From: Marsupella aquatica
Taxonomy: Eukaryota; Plantae; Marchantiophyta
Length of the DNA: 64,000 nt
Direction of reading: 5' to 3'
Assembly: GCA_973895155.1 (NCBI GenBank)
Contig: OZ316891.1
Span: 32,127,208 to 32,191,207 of the forward strand
Under the pieces are notes generated by a model. The model was not told where the DNA came from, did no database searches, and saw only the letters and a list, made by a program, of their open reading frames with translations. This document shows positions 49,201 through 60,235 of this stretch, in pieces. Position 1 is the first letter of the stretch. The number at the start of each line of letters is the position of its first letter. The position numbers and the translations under genes were made by a program.

Positions 49201-50300
49201 TTATAATAGCAAAGTTCACAAAACATGTTTCATTTTTATATGTTTTTTAAAGCACTTTTGCAAAAATCATGAAAATCTTGAAAAAGGAATTCGGGCCTTG
49301 GACTCATCCCTTAAGGCTCCATGTTTATATCAATACAAAGCACATGTGAAACAACCTTGATACCCTCCAACCGGAAGGTCCATTTGGAGAACTGATTCCA
49401 ACACCAATGCTCTCATTTTACCAGAAGGTCAACCGTTTGCAAAACCCATCTCCGGGGATGTACGAGGCAAGGTTGAAGAAATCATCCCATTCCTTAATCA
49501 TTACATTGAAGAAGAGTTGTAAGGATGAGACCTCTACAGCATATTGTGAGAGGTTTCCTTTGGTGAAATATTGGGAAATGGTGGTGCAAGTATTATCTGG
49601 GGAGCTTACAATTGAAGGGGAGGCCGAAATACAGTTGGCATTGACATATGAGTTTTGGCCAAAAACCAACCACGGAACTGGTTACAAGGTGAATAGTACA
49701 GGAACCTCTGAACCATTGGGGGAACCTAGTAGTAGTACACAGAATCCAGAAATGGTGGAGCTTCAGAATGAGTACCTGGAAGAGATGGAGGATCAAACTG
49801 CACCATTTGTTGGCACTCGACACGAGCGAGAACTTACCCGTTGGATTCCTCTCTAGGACATTCAAGAGGGCCACTTTGTATTTCTTCGTCCAGAGGATGA
49901 ATGGGAAAAGAAGAATGGCAAAGAACTTTTCTGGTTGGTGAGAGCTTTGGGTGTTGTGGACCCAAACCATGAAGTTCCTTCAGGAGACTTGCAATGCAAT
50001 AATAGTATTTCTACTAGTACAAGGTATGCTCCTATGTTCCAAGTGCAATGGTGGGGGCCTAAACATGGTAAACATGATGCACCGGATCATGTGCGATATT
50101 CACGTTGCTTTCAGACCACTAAGACTTGGGAGATGGATCCTGGGTTTGACAATGCCACTGAACGTTGGCAATTTGCTAATTCTGCTATGTATGGATTCAA
50201 GTCACGCTCTAGAGAAGAAAATATAATTGATAGAGGTTTGACCATTCCCAAGAATGTTTTGAAAACACTCAAAACTTACATGGAAGGGATTGTTCATTAA
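43252..50300 (+). pseudogene. Sola-like DDD transposase (DUF7869-type core) with three N-terminal Tnp1/En-Spm-like repeats; interrupted by the 45976-49325 insertion
   Basis: CxxC (CTLC), IIHDKMDQ, LQMDNSRKDNKN and FLMVGHTHEDVDALFS; segments stay in frame across stops (some TGG>TAG/TGA); removing the insertion restores NVPI-YQYK. Confidence 0.75.
45976..49325. mobile_element. Non-autonomous TIR DNA element (3350 bp), TATA TSD
   Basis: Imperfect ~33-bp TIR (AACAAGAAGCCTTAAAGGGTGAGT.. vs AACATGGAGCCTTAAGGGATGAGT..); TATA at 45972-45975 and 49326-49329; removal restores the host reading frame. Confidence 0.85.
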
Positions 50301-51968
50301 GTCAAATTAAAGTTTTCTAGTAGTCAGAGTGAGGGAGTCTAAGTATGTCAATTGGTTTGGAATGTCTTAGTTTACGTACTAGTTGGTTACTAGTGAATCT
50401 AAGTAACTTTTATAATATTTTGGGAGACTAGTTTGAATAGGTGGGCAGGAGGTATTAATTGGACTTGGATACCTTTATATTAATTGCTTTAATTATAATT
50501 ACATAATATACTATCTGACTATATTACAAGAAGTCATATCCGTGATGGGATGTGACTGCCTCTAGTAAACCTTAGGTTCAACTCGAGTTGCTTACTGTAG
50601 AATGTACTAACAAATTAGTTAGTTACTTGAATTAATATGGATAGATACCATTCTGACAAGTTTATAAATTAATGCTTTTATTTATTACGTAGAAGGTTTA
50701 CAATAGCTAGGGTCGAGATCATATTGAAGTTAGCTTTAATTAGTTATATTATATTACTTACTTACTAGTTAGTAAGATTGAATCAATTTTCTACTTCTTA
50801 TCCAACATATTTTACATTATTATCACCCAAATGTTTTTCTTTAGAATCCAAATTAATATTTCATTTTCCCCTATATACAATCTTGATTCCCCAAATGTAC
50901 ATGATCTTGTGCCCAAATATACAACTTTCACTGCCCAAATGTACAATTCTTGTACCCAAAAGTATATATTTTGGTGCCCAAATGTCCAAAGATCAAATAA
51001 TTTCCAGTTTTAATGAATAGACTGATACCTGTGGTACAACGGGAATGTTGTAATGACGTGAGGAGCTGTGCAACTCCTCGGCTACGGGGATGTCTGTAGC
51101 ATGGGCATTACCTTCCAAGAGATCACCTGGCCAGGTGATATTTGCAGCGCAAGCTGACAAACTAATCCCCTTCTCCGATGACGGCTGAGTCCGACGCAGG
51201 AAGTAGTGCACTGGCAGCTCATACTTCCTACCATCACTAGACTGGCATCCTGGTCGATAATGAACAGTCTCTTGTCAGTAGTCCAACACAAAGCCCATAG
51301 GGTAGACCAACTGAAGATTATGAATAAATACCTTCTTGCGGACGTGGTGATGCTGGAGCTTCATAGCTTCTTTTCTGGTAGGCTCTCTGACCTCTATCCT
51401 TAGACTAAAGATGCATAAGCAACAGCGGTTGCACAACGAGAAACGGTTTGGGAAGAGATTCAAAAAACATAATGTATTTTATTAAGTAATTTATTGAAAA
51501 ATAGGAAACTGACTGTTTTGAACACTATTCAAGACGCATCAAATCCAGGGGGTTTGTGAACCTCATATCTAGGCTTCTATAAGATGGGAAGCGGTGGAGA
51601 CAAGACCTCAAATTTTATTTTATTTCTAATCTGGAAACATTAGGAGGAGGGGGCGGGGGCGGGGGCTAGGGGCAGCCAAGTAATAAGGGTCAAAAGAGGG
51701 GTTGATCACAGGTGTATACATAGTATTTACACTAAGTGAGGGCCCAGCCTAGGGGTCAAGCCTATAGGTTCTCCAAGCTCTTCTCTCAAAGAATGGCAAA
51801 ATATATGTAATCCACACTTGAATGTGTTCCTTTGATAACTTGAAACTGCCCTTGGATAATAGTTGCAAGTTCAGATATTATTTGTTAGGCAGCCATAGAT
51901 TCTGTCACTAATTTCCAGGAATCCGCCAAGGCTTTTCTATAGTGACGTGAATAAAGATTGACATTGTC

Positions 51969-52102
51969 AGTCCAAAGAGACATGATTTTGTGGTAGCTCA
52001 CTTGAGTAGAGACTCATAGATCTTGGATTCAACTATTGTGGCTGACTCTTCCCTTTCTGTGGGGTTTAATTCACAGATTTTCCCTTTACAATAAATAAAT
52101 AA
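51969..52102 (+). mobile_element. Short SINE-like retroposon
   Basis: A-box-like TAGCTCACTTG, B-box-like GGATTCAACT, A-rich tail; imperfect 16-bp TSD AAAGA(T/C)TGAC(A/C)TTGTC. Confidence 0.5.
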
Positions 52103-52870
52103 AAAGACTGACCTTGTCTACTCCTAGAAAAACAGGTTCATTGGAAGTTCTCTAGCTTCCAAAGTAGATCAATTCAATCATTCCAAAGTTTAGATGTATT
52201 TGTCAAACCTTCCCAGACATCACCATATAAAAAGTAAAATTCATATTAATAAACCGGAAGCTCACGTAGCTTCAAAAGTTGATCATATCATCATCTAAAC
52301 ATATATGTAATAATATGTCACTGTAGCTTTGTAACGCTTTGCCTTTGGTATGGGCACAATAGTTGGCATCCATTTCATCGACGAGAAGTCAAGGATATAT
52401 GGCTTAACTGACTCAGAATCTTTGTGTTTTGGAATCATACGTACGTCAACCCATATATGCTCAACCAACCACATGCTCACTGAACTTTACTAGGACTCAC
52501 TTTGATGGGATATCCCCCTATTGGCTTGAGGAAAAAGGCATCATACATCATACCCTGATCAGGTCCAACTCTCTCATACCTGCATAAACAACAAAAGAAT
52601 CATGCAAGTCAAAATCGAACAGTGGAGTCAATTTATAATTGGGGTAGTGAGATGTAGGAGTCTTTCACATCATTGAAATGATAGACATGTTGAATGTGCA
52701 GTCTCATCCTGAGTTAGGTGGTTCCTCTAGGGGCTTAACATGGGGTAAATACACAATGGCCCCTAGAGGAAGCCGACAAGTAAACATTGAAACTGGGGTT
52801 TACATCATGGCAGGAACACCAAGATTTCAATCCGGACCCGGTTGGTCAGGGCTTGTGTCCCATAACCTTT

Positions 52871-53064
52871 AAACCACACCTGCCACTATAAGAGCCTTAT
52901 TCCATGTTTCACTACTCACCATAAAAGGTGGAAACCTAGCACCTTTTGTGGAGTACTTGTCAAAAAAAGTTTTGCAGTCAGCACCTTTTGTGGAGCTCAA
53001 AACACATTTATGAACTTGAAAGCTACTGGTTACCCGTAGCCCTTTATAGGGGCAGGTGTGGTTT
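52871..53064. mobile_element. MITE-like inverted-repeat element in the last P450 intron
   Basis: AAACCACACCTGCC..TATA at the left end and its reverse complement at the right end; internal direct repeat AGCACCTTTTGTGGAG x2. Confidence 0.55.
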
Positions 53065-55621
53065 GAAAATATAAACTAAAGTCACAAGAAAGGTTTTAGG
53101 ACTTGGGTGGATACAAATTAATCAGCCTCAAGTTCTAGATGTCACTCTGCAAGTCTCTCGACTCCCTTCAGACTGGGCTGGATAGGAGGCTGCATTTCAA
53201 AGGGAAAGACATGGACTACCTATACCTTGCTCTGTCAAATTAACGTCAGGTATATCAATGGGTACTTACGTGTAAGTCGTAGTGACATAATGAACGACGA
53301 TGCAGACAATCAGCTTGGCCATTTCAATCCCCGGACACATGTGAGGCCCACAACTGAATGGAAGGTAAGTGTATGGTTTCGGGGACACCTGCAGAAGTTT
53401 CCCCAATCGAAAGAGGTAGATTATACCGAGTGAAAGTCAGGTCAGGTGCACTAACTCATTGAGGTAAACAAAATTGTGTTCTATTAGTTCTCAGAACATA
53501 AAATCTTTGATTCAAAACCTGACTGAGGAGGAAGATAATACACTACTCACATCGAATCGATCGGGGTTGAAATTAAGGTCGGGATAATTGGCAGGATCCG
53601 TGTGAATGTAATTGGTCAACGCAGTCACTCTCCAGCCCTTTGGTATTAGATGACCTGCATGATCGGTAGACATTTATGACCTTCATATGTGAACGTGGCA
53701 CGGGTTTCTTCTCGAACGCATAATTTCAGGACTCGTTCATAGAGCTACGACATGTTTTCTTCGAAGAATCAGCTTATATGTCTTGAGAAGCTTGTGCTGG
53801 CAGAGACCCTTAATAGAGCTAGATCACTCTGAATGAACGTACTGTACCTACATCGAATCCGAACCTAATTATGCACTGTAAAGCTGACATATTTTGCTGG
53901 CTGAATGCGTGGGAATTCAAACTCTATTCATTAGCAATCCCATTCAAGAACGTACAACACCCGTAGCTGTAAGTTGCAATAGTAGGATTGCCGGATAACC
54001 GAACACTCTGGAAACTCGATCAGATCGCTCACCTTCAAACTTAACGTCTTCGGTTGCCTCTTTAAAAGAAACAGGGAGGATTGTAATGCTTCTCTGAACT
54101 TCGCTAAAGAACTGCATACGGTAATCAGAAGAATTAGGTCTGCCAATCGCTTGAACTTTCTAGAATTCTCGTGAACTAATTAATTATATTTCACTTCAAT
54201 CGCTTGAACACTCCAGAATTTTCATCAACTAATTATATTTTAACGGGTTGGAGCATCCGCAAGGATGGAGCCGGTCTCTAAACAACTTCATATTCGACTA
54301 GTGTCCATTATAATTTCAACCCACTTCGTTTATAATTTCATATTAAATTAGCGTGCATTATAGTTGAAATCCACTTCGGAATGCACTTTCTGTGGATGTC
54401 CAGGGATAATCAAGCATAATACCTTAAGAGTATAAACCATTTTCTTCGTATCGTCCCAAGTAAGCCTGGGCCCTTCGACGGAAAGGTCTTTGGTTTTGAG
54501 AATTTCTTGCTGCTCAGCCTGCTCACATGGTATGAGGGTTAGTACAGTAGAAGATCTGAGAAGGATGGACCAGATAAAAACTGAGAACGACATTCCTCGA
54601 CCGGAGGCTGGGCTGTCTGTTAAAGGTGACATAGATTTAATTCGGTATATAACGACCAATCTGGTGATATGGAATGCTCTCTGCTGGCATAATTTCGACA
54701 AACTACCACCTATCACGTTCAAAATTCTACTGCCAATTCAAACTCCAGACCTCAATATATCCGAAAGACCATGCCGGATCGAACCCGAGAAACAAAGCAT
54801 GTCCATACCTGACAACGGCGAAAGACCTCTGGATAGTCAATCAGATACTTAAGGACCCATACAAGAGTCATCGAGGTAGTGTCAGAAGCAACGGTGTTTA
54901 GTAAGAACATGTTCTCGGCAAGCTTGAAATCATCGAGATTTTTCAGCTCTTCCAGACCTTCAGGATCATTCCGAGCTGCCAATAGAGCCGCGAAGAAAAC
55001 GCCCTCGGAAGTCATTTGGCCCTTCGTCATCGGCTCAATCAGACTTTTGAAGTATGCGACCAAATTTGCCCGTGCCTGACAAAGACAACAGCCAATCAAT
55101 CAAATGAAGGAAAACACAAATGTTCATATGTGGTATATGTGGTCTCATTGAAGTTAATTATCATTCTTGACCTTTCGTTTTGATACTATTGGAATGATTT
55201 CAGCTTTGACAAGCCTGCCTTGTTGAAATCTCTATCTACCTAGTTTTCTGATACGAAAGGAATGTCCCAGGATAATCATTTCTTTTCTTTAGACACATTA
55301 AATAAATATAAAGTTTTTTAATTGAGATTAATGAAATATTTTTAAATTTTGGTTGAAAAATATTAAGATTATTTTAATATAATTTTAAAAATGATAAAAA
55401 TTATAGTATTTTTTAAAATAAAATATAAAAATATTATGAGAATATTTTATTAAATCATGGATAAAAAATTACTAAAAAAAAATTATTGACTTAATTTTTA
55501 GGGATATTTATTTCCCAAAACTTGAAAAATAATATAAAAATATAAAACACCCTTTGGATTGAGACTCCTTAGACGAATATATATAATCACTCAAAATGAT
55601 TTATCATTCTCTACTTAGCTT

Positions 55622-55937
55622 CTTTTTTCTTTTTCTTTTTTTGGCTTTGAAACCGAAAGCTGACCAATCCAACAGAGGATAGACCATCAACTCCGGAGCA
55701 TGCACCTCTGTAGGGTAGCCCACAATGGGGGTCATACCCAGGACCAGGAGGGAGAGAGGGTTGGACTAGAGCCCAAAGTGGACCAGCCAGGGCTGAAGAA
55801 AAACCAATACTCCCACCACTACACCCCACCCACACACACACTCACCCTCCACAACCCTTGCATGTGGAGGGGGGATTGACCCTGGGACCTCTCAGTTCTA
55901 GGCTCATCCCCTGGCCAACTGACCACAGCCAGTTGGT
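55622..55937 (-). mobile_element. tRNA-derived SINE, copy 1
   Basis: A/B-box-like head, (TG)n tract and A-rich tail on the minus strand; 15-bp TSD TTCTCTAC(T/C)TAGCTT. Confidence 0.8.
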
Positions 55938-56159
55938 TTCTCTACCTAGCTTTCAATCTGATACTCTTGGAGAAATGATTTAAGATTAGACAAGTACTCA
56001 TTGTTCATCTCTATCTACCTGTATCTGACTAGCCTTCAGTTCAAGGAGCAGTGTTCGATCAAAGAGCCTAGCTAGGGCACAATCTCATCTTCAAGTCCAA
56101 ACTTGGCCTTTTGTCAGTTCTCTGAGTAGTGTTCATTAGCCTCGGGCAAGATTCAATTT

Positions 56160-56487
56160 TATTTTTTTGCCTTGAAACCGAAAGCAGGCCCATCCAACAG
56201 AGGATAGACGTCCTACTTTGGAGCATGCATTTCTATATAGGGCAGCCACAAGGGAATAATACCCAGGGATCCGACAGGGACCCAGACCAGGAGGAAGAGA
56301 GGATTAAACCAGAACCCAAAGTGGACAACCAAGGCTGAGGAGATAATCAATACTCCCACCACTACATCACACCCACACACACACACACACATACCCTCCA
56401 CACCCCTTATGTGTGGAGGGAGGATTGAACCTGGGACCTCTCGGTTCTAGGCTCATCCTCTGGCCAACTGACCAAAGCCAGTTGGTT
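56160..56487 (-). mobile_element. tRNA-derived SINE, copy 2
   Basis: TGGTCAGTTGG A box, GGTTCAATCC B box, poly-A tail; perfect TSD GGCAAGATTCAATTT at 56145 and 56488. Confidence 0.85.
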
Positions 56488-58919
56488 GGCAAGATTCAAT
56501 TTCAAGTCCAAACTGCTGGCCAAACATCCGACAGATCGCGTACCTTCATGCTTTTGTTAAACTGCGTTCCTGGAAGATCTACTGGCATGGCTGCTACTCC
56601 CGCAAAGGCCATCCTAAAGTTTTGCATATTCTCCCTTCCTTTTGGTGAGCTAGAAGTGTTTTTATCTCCAAATAGAACACAGTTGCTAGCATCCCACGTA
56701 AGCTGCCAGTTGACATAAACAATTCAGACAAATTAAGTTGATTTTTAGGAATCTCAAGAGCAGGTTTAGGGTAGGGTTTAGGGTAATGACGGAATAATTA
56801 ATTGAGAATACTCCTTGAGTGATATCCTCTGTTGGGTGGGTCAGCTTTAGGTATTCAAGGCAAAAAAAGAATTAATTGAGAATACTGCAAACGAATTGAA
56901 CGAGAAGAGAAATCGCACAGAAGTACTAAGTACTCAAAGAAAAAGACGAAACGCTAAAGAACAACGAAAATGAGTTGGACTGATTGATTAAAGAAAGAAG
57001 GTTTAGGATTGAAAATAAACGGCCCACTTTTTGCACCGCTTCACTTCCAATAACAGTCCCAGCGCGCACCCACGAGGCCATGTGTTCGAGAATATGGTCC
57101 CCTAAACGTACTTCCATATCTGCATTGATCAACTCACAACTTTCAGACATTGAGTTCAGCGCTGAAGATGTCCCAAACATCCGCACTTTGTGGTTCCTTT
57201 TGCAATTTGCAATTGAGTCGCTGCCCCAATTGGTCTGACATCAACTCGAGCTCTTAACCATTCGAAGCCTTGGCGCGTAGATATTTCAGACTAGTCCAGT
57301 TAGATATTTCAGACTAGTCTTTGAACGCGGGGCATGCAACTACCTACACAGGGACGTTGCCCGCCAAAATTCTTTCCTTCACTTTCGCCAGTGAACTGGA
57401 AGACTTTCTCCTAGCCGAGAGTGAGTCAGTGACAATCCAGAAAGCAATATGACACGCTAGACTTCAAGATGCCGAAGATTACCTCTTGACGTGTGAATGA
57501 GCAAATTCCAATGGGTCACGGATCAGGTCAAATGATTCTCCAATGATAGGCCAGCCCAGCGTGCCTTTCGGCAGCACGACATCGGGCCTTCGACATGAGT
57601 ACAGAGTGTACGATCGCTTCGCCCACAACAGAATAGCCCCGCCCAACACCACGGCCAGAATTATTGATAATGTTGACAGCGCTGGGTCGCCCATCTCTGT
57701 GACTGTCTCGCCCAACTTTCGTGTGTCCTACATCAGATGTGAGACAATTATATAGTTTTCAGATGTTTCTCCCCACCGAAGTCTTCAGTGCAGGAGCCAG
57801 AGCTCTCTGGTGTCACACAGAAGAAGAAGACGAATTGAAGGAGCTGACACATTACCGAACCCCGTTTTTCGTTGGTCACCTACCCTTCCACATATGCAGT
57901 TGATTTATCTGCTTGCTGTCGCATAATTGCACCGGTCATTGCCTACCTATTATCCAGCGCAACAATTGAAATGGGCATGATGTTGTTTGATCCCGTCAAA
58001 CCTCGTTTGTTGGTCACCAGTTTGTGCATAATTGATTTCATGTGGGCGATTCTGTTACAGTCTTCTCTCTCTCTAAGTGCACACTCCCTAGACGAAGTAG
58101 TAGCTCTCTAAGTGCACATTTGTTGGGAGAAGCATTTGATGTGCACTTCAATCATAGCTGCTCCTTAAGAGCTACAGGTAACCCATAGGAACCAAATTTC
58201 ATTAGAAACCAATAAGTTTTTTCCTGAAATTGTGGAGTATACTTGCAATTTAGAGGAAAAAATGAGTGGAACATGGAAAACCGGAGAAGTTCAAGGAAAA
58301 AAAAGGAAAACGGGAGAAGTATTGGACAGCTCGCAGTTATATGGATAGCTGTAGTTTAATTAAGCAAGTTTGTGGATAGATTCTATATTGAATTAAACCA
58401 TTTCCTACAGCTTGCACAAAAACAGTCAGCACCTTTGTGGATAGGTCTACCTAGTGCAAGGGGATTTTTAGATTTCTCCTCTACTTGCCTCTTTGTAAAA
58501 TCTAAACTTCTATGAAATCTGGGTTTGTGTTGAAATATGAAGAAACAGAAAGAGAATCAAAACAAGTAGAGGTGAAAAATAGTTACCCTCATGGGAAGTA
58601 CCTTTCAAAATCCCTAGAAGCATGTGTAGTCACATCAACACTATTGGTCACAAACAAGAACGGGTTAATATACAAAAAGCACCAAACAAGACTGTGTATT
58701 TCTAACAAGTCCAAGTAAAAGTGTTAGACCTTGTAAGTGTAAAAACAATTGAAAACTGAAAAATAACATTTCAAATAAACAAAGAAATGGGTGAAAGGGG
58801 GGTAAAACAAAATAACCTTTGGATAGGTTGTGATTGATATATAAGACAGTACTCCAATAGATTATGATTTTTCTATTTAATTAGCAATTTGTGGAATAAC
58901 CTGGCTAGAAAGGAACTCT

Positions 58920-59905
58920 TTGTCTGAACAGTGGGACGAAAGACAAGAAGCGATACAAAAGAATTTGGAAGCAGCTGAAGAATGTGGGCAAGCGGGGCCT
59001 TTTCGTCCTGCGGACTTCTGGGCTGCTCCAGTTGCCCATCGTCGACCTCTCCCCATTGGAATCGTGGGTGCGGTCCCTTTGGTGGCTGGTTTTGGTGGAT
59101 TGGACCGTTCTCTTGGTGCTGGAGTTGGCTGCACCCTGGATACTCGTTGTGACCCCATGGTTGTTGGTTCTCATTTCGATTGGATTGCTCCAGAGGCGCT
59201 ACTGAGTGGATCTGATCAGGGAACTGCAGATGAGGTGATATTCCTGAGGAATGCATTGACATTTTAAAGAAAATTGCAGAGGGGTCGACAGATGCTTGGC
59301 CTTCAAAATTGCACACGACTATGGTTTGGCCTGTGGAAGAAGCAGTACTCTTAGTACATGAGCTTTTTCACTGTTCCATGCTTTGCTATTTCACTGATAG
59401 CCGGGACTGATAGGGCACCTCTACTTCCGATGTTTAAGGACTGGTTGCATTCTGAAATGGTGGACAAAATGGGATGGTCAGTTATGCAGATTAAATTCAT
59501 AGGGAAAAACTTCTTTATGATTGTATTTGAGGATTCTCAGCATTGGGATGCTGCCCTGGAGATGGCACCTTGGTTTATGGAGAGAAAGTTTATGTTCACC
59601 TTCCCATGGGACCCTTCATTTGATGTGAAGAATGAGTCGTATGTTAAACTGCCTGTATGGATTGAGATTCCCTTCCGCCCCTTACTGCTTGAAGGTTGTC
59701 GAAAGCGAATTGCTGCATCTTTTGGTAAGGTGCTTTACTACATTCAGGGAGATGAACAGAGCTCCCACCCTCATGACAGGGCATGCATTTTGTGGGATAC
59801 GCGTAGGGAGGTCCCCTGTAGTATAAAAGTGGTGATTTGAGATAATATTGTCATCTGGCAGCCGGTGATTTTCAAAAATATTCCCTATCACTGCTATCTA
59901 TGCTT
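58920..59905 (+). pseudogene. L1-type LINE ORF1 relic (DUF4283-like)
   Basis: GKNFFMIVFE..APWF..PWDPSF..LPVWIEIP..FGKVL..RAC pattern typical of plant L1 ORF1; stops present; truncated at the zinc knuckle. Confidence 0.75.
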
Positions 59906-60226
59906 GGGGGGTCACTATATGGAGGGTCATACATTGCATGCGACATTTTAGGGTTTGACCGCTCTAACTTATAAGTGAAAAATGTTTTTTTGCAAAACCC
60001 TTTCTTTCTTTAAATTTTGTCATTTTTTTACTAAAAAACCCCTAAAAACTTTAAAGAAAATATTTTTTATAATTAAATAAGCTTATGTGTTCTTTAAAGT
60101 CAACCAGTCAATAAAACATGCTCTATGTGTTCTTCCACCAAACTTTAGAAGTTTTCCGCCACACCCATTTAAATGGGCCTATACTTCGCCGCACGTGATG
60201 TGTCACTTTTGTGAAAGTGACCCCCC
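59906..60226. mobile_element. Small TIR element (GGGGGGTCACT...AGTGACCCCCC)
   Basis: Perfect 11-bp terminal inverted repeat around an AT-rich core; no TSD visible. Confidence 0.5.
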
Positions 60227-60235
60227 GAGTATCGA

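Larger units (their letters stand above)
52477..57694 (-). pseudogene. Cytochrome P450, CYP85 clan, CYP707A-like architecture; 9 exons, with exon 2 internally deleted and frameshifted
   Basis: Exons 57694-57483, 57119-57028, 56702-56544, 55075-54809, 54518-54423, 54111-54033, 53654-53551, 53388-53270 and 52579-52477, all GT-AG; TM anchor, LPKGTLGWPIIGE, ASDTT, EVQR, PDRF and heme motif FSCGPHMCPG. Confidence 0.88.

Noticed and set aside
45987-49314. Kolobok/piggyBac call from flanking TTAA
   Set aside because: The inverted repeat extends outside the TTAA, and only the TATA boundaries restore the host frame.
50820-51022. CCCAAAT-rich repeats and a Helitron-like TCTATTCATTAAAA end
   Set aside because: No matching other terminus, hairpin or TSD found, and the insertion context is not A|T.
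51029-51410. Exon-like minus-strand segment with one internal stop
   Set aside because: No family recognised; it may be a gene fragment but I cannot support a call.
56763-56785. Short TTTAGGG-like tract in a P450 intron
   Set aside because: Only about three imperfect units; such tracts are common in plant DNA.
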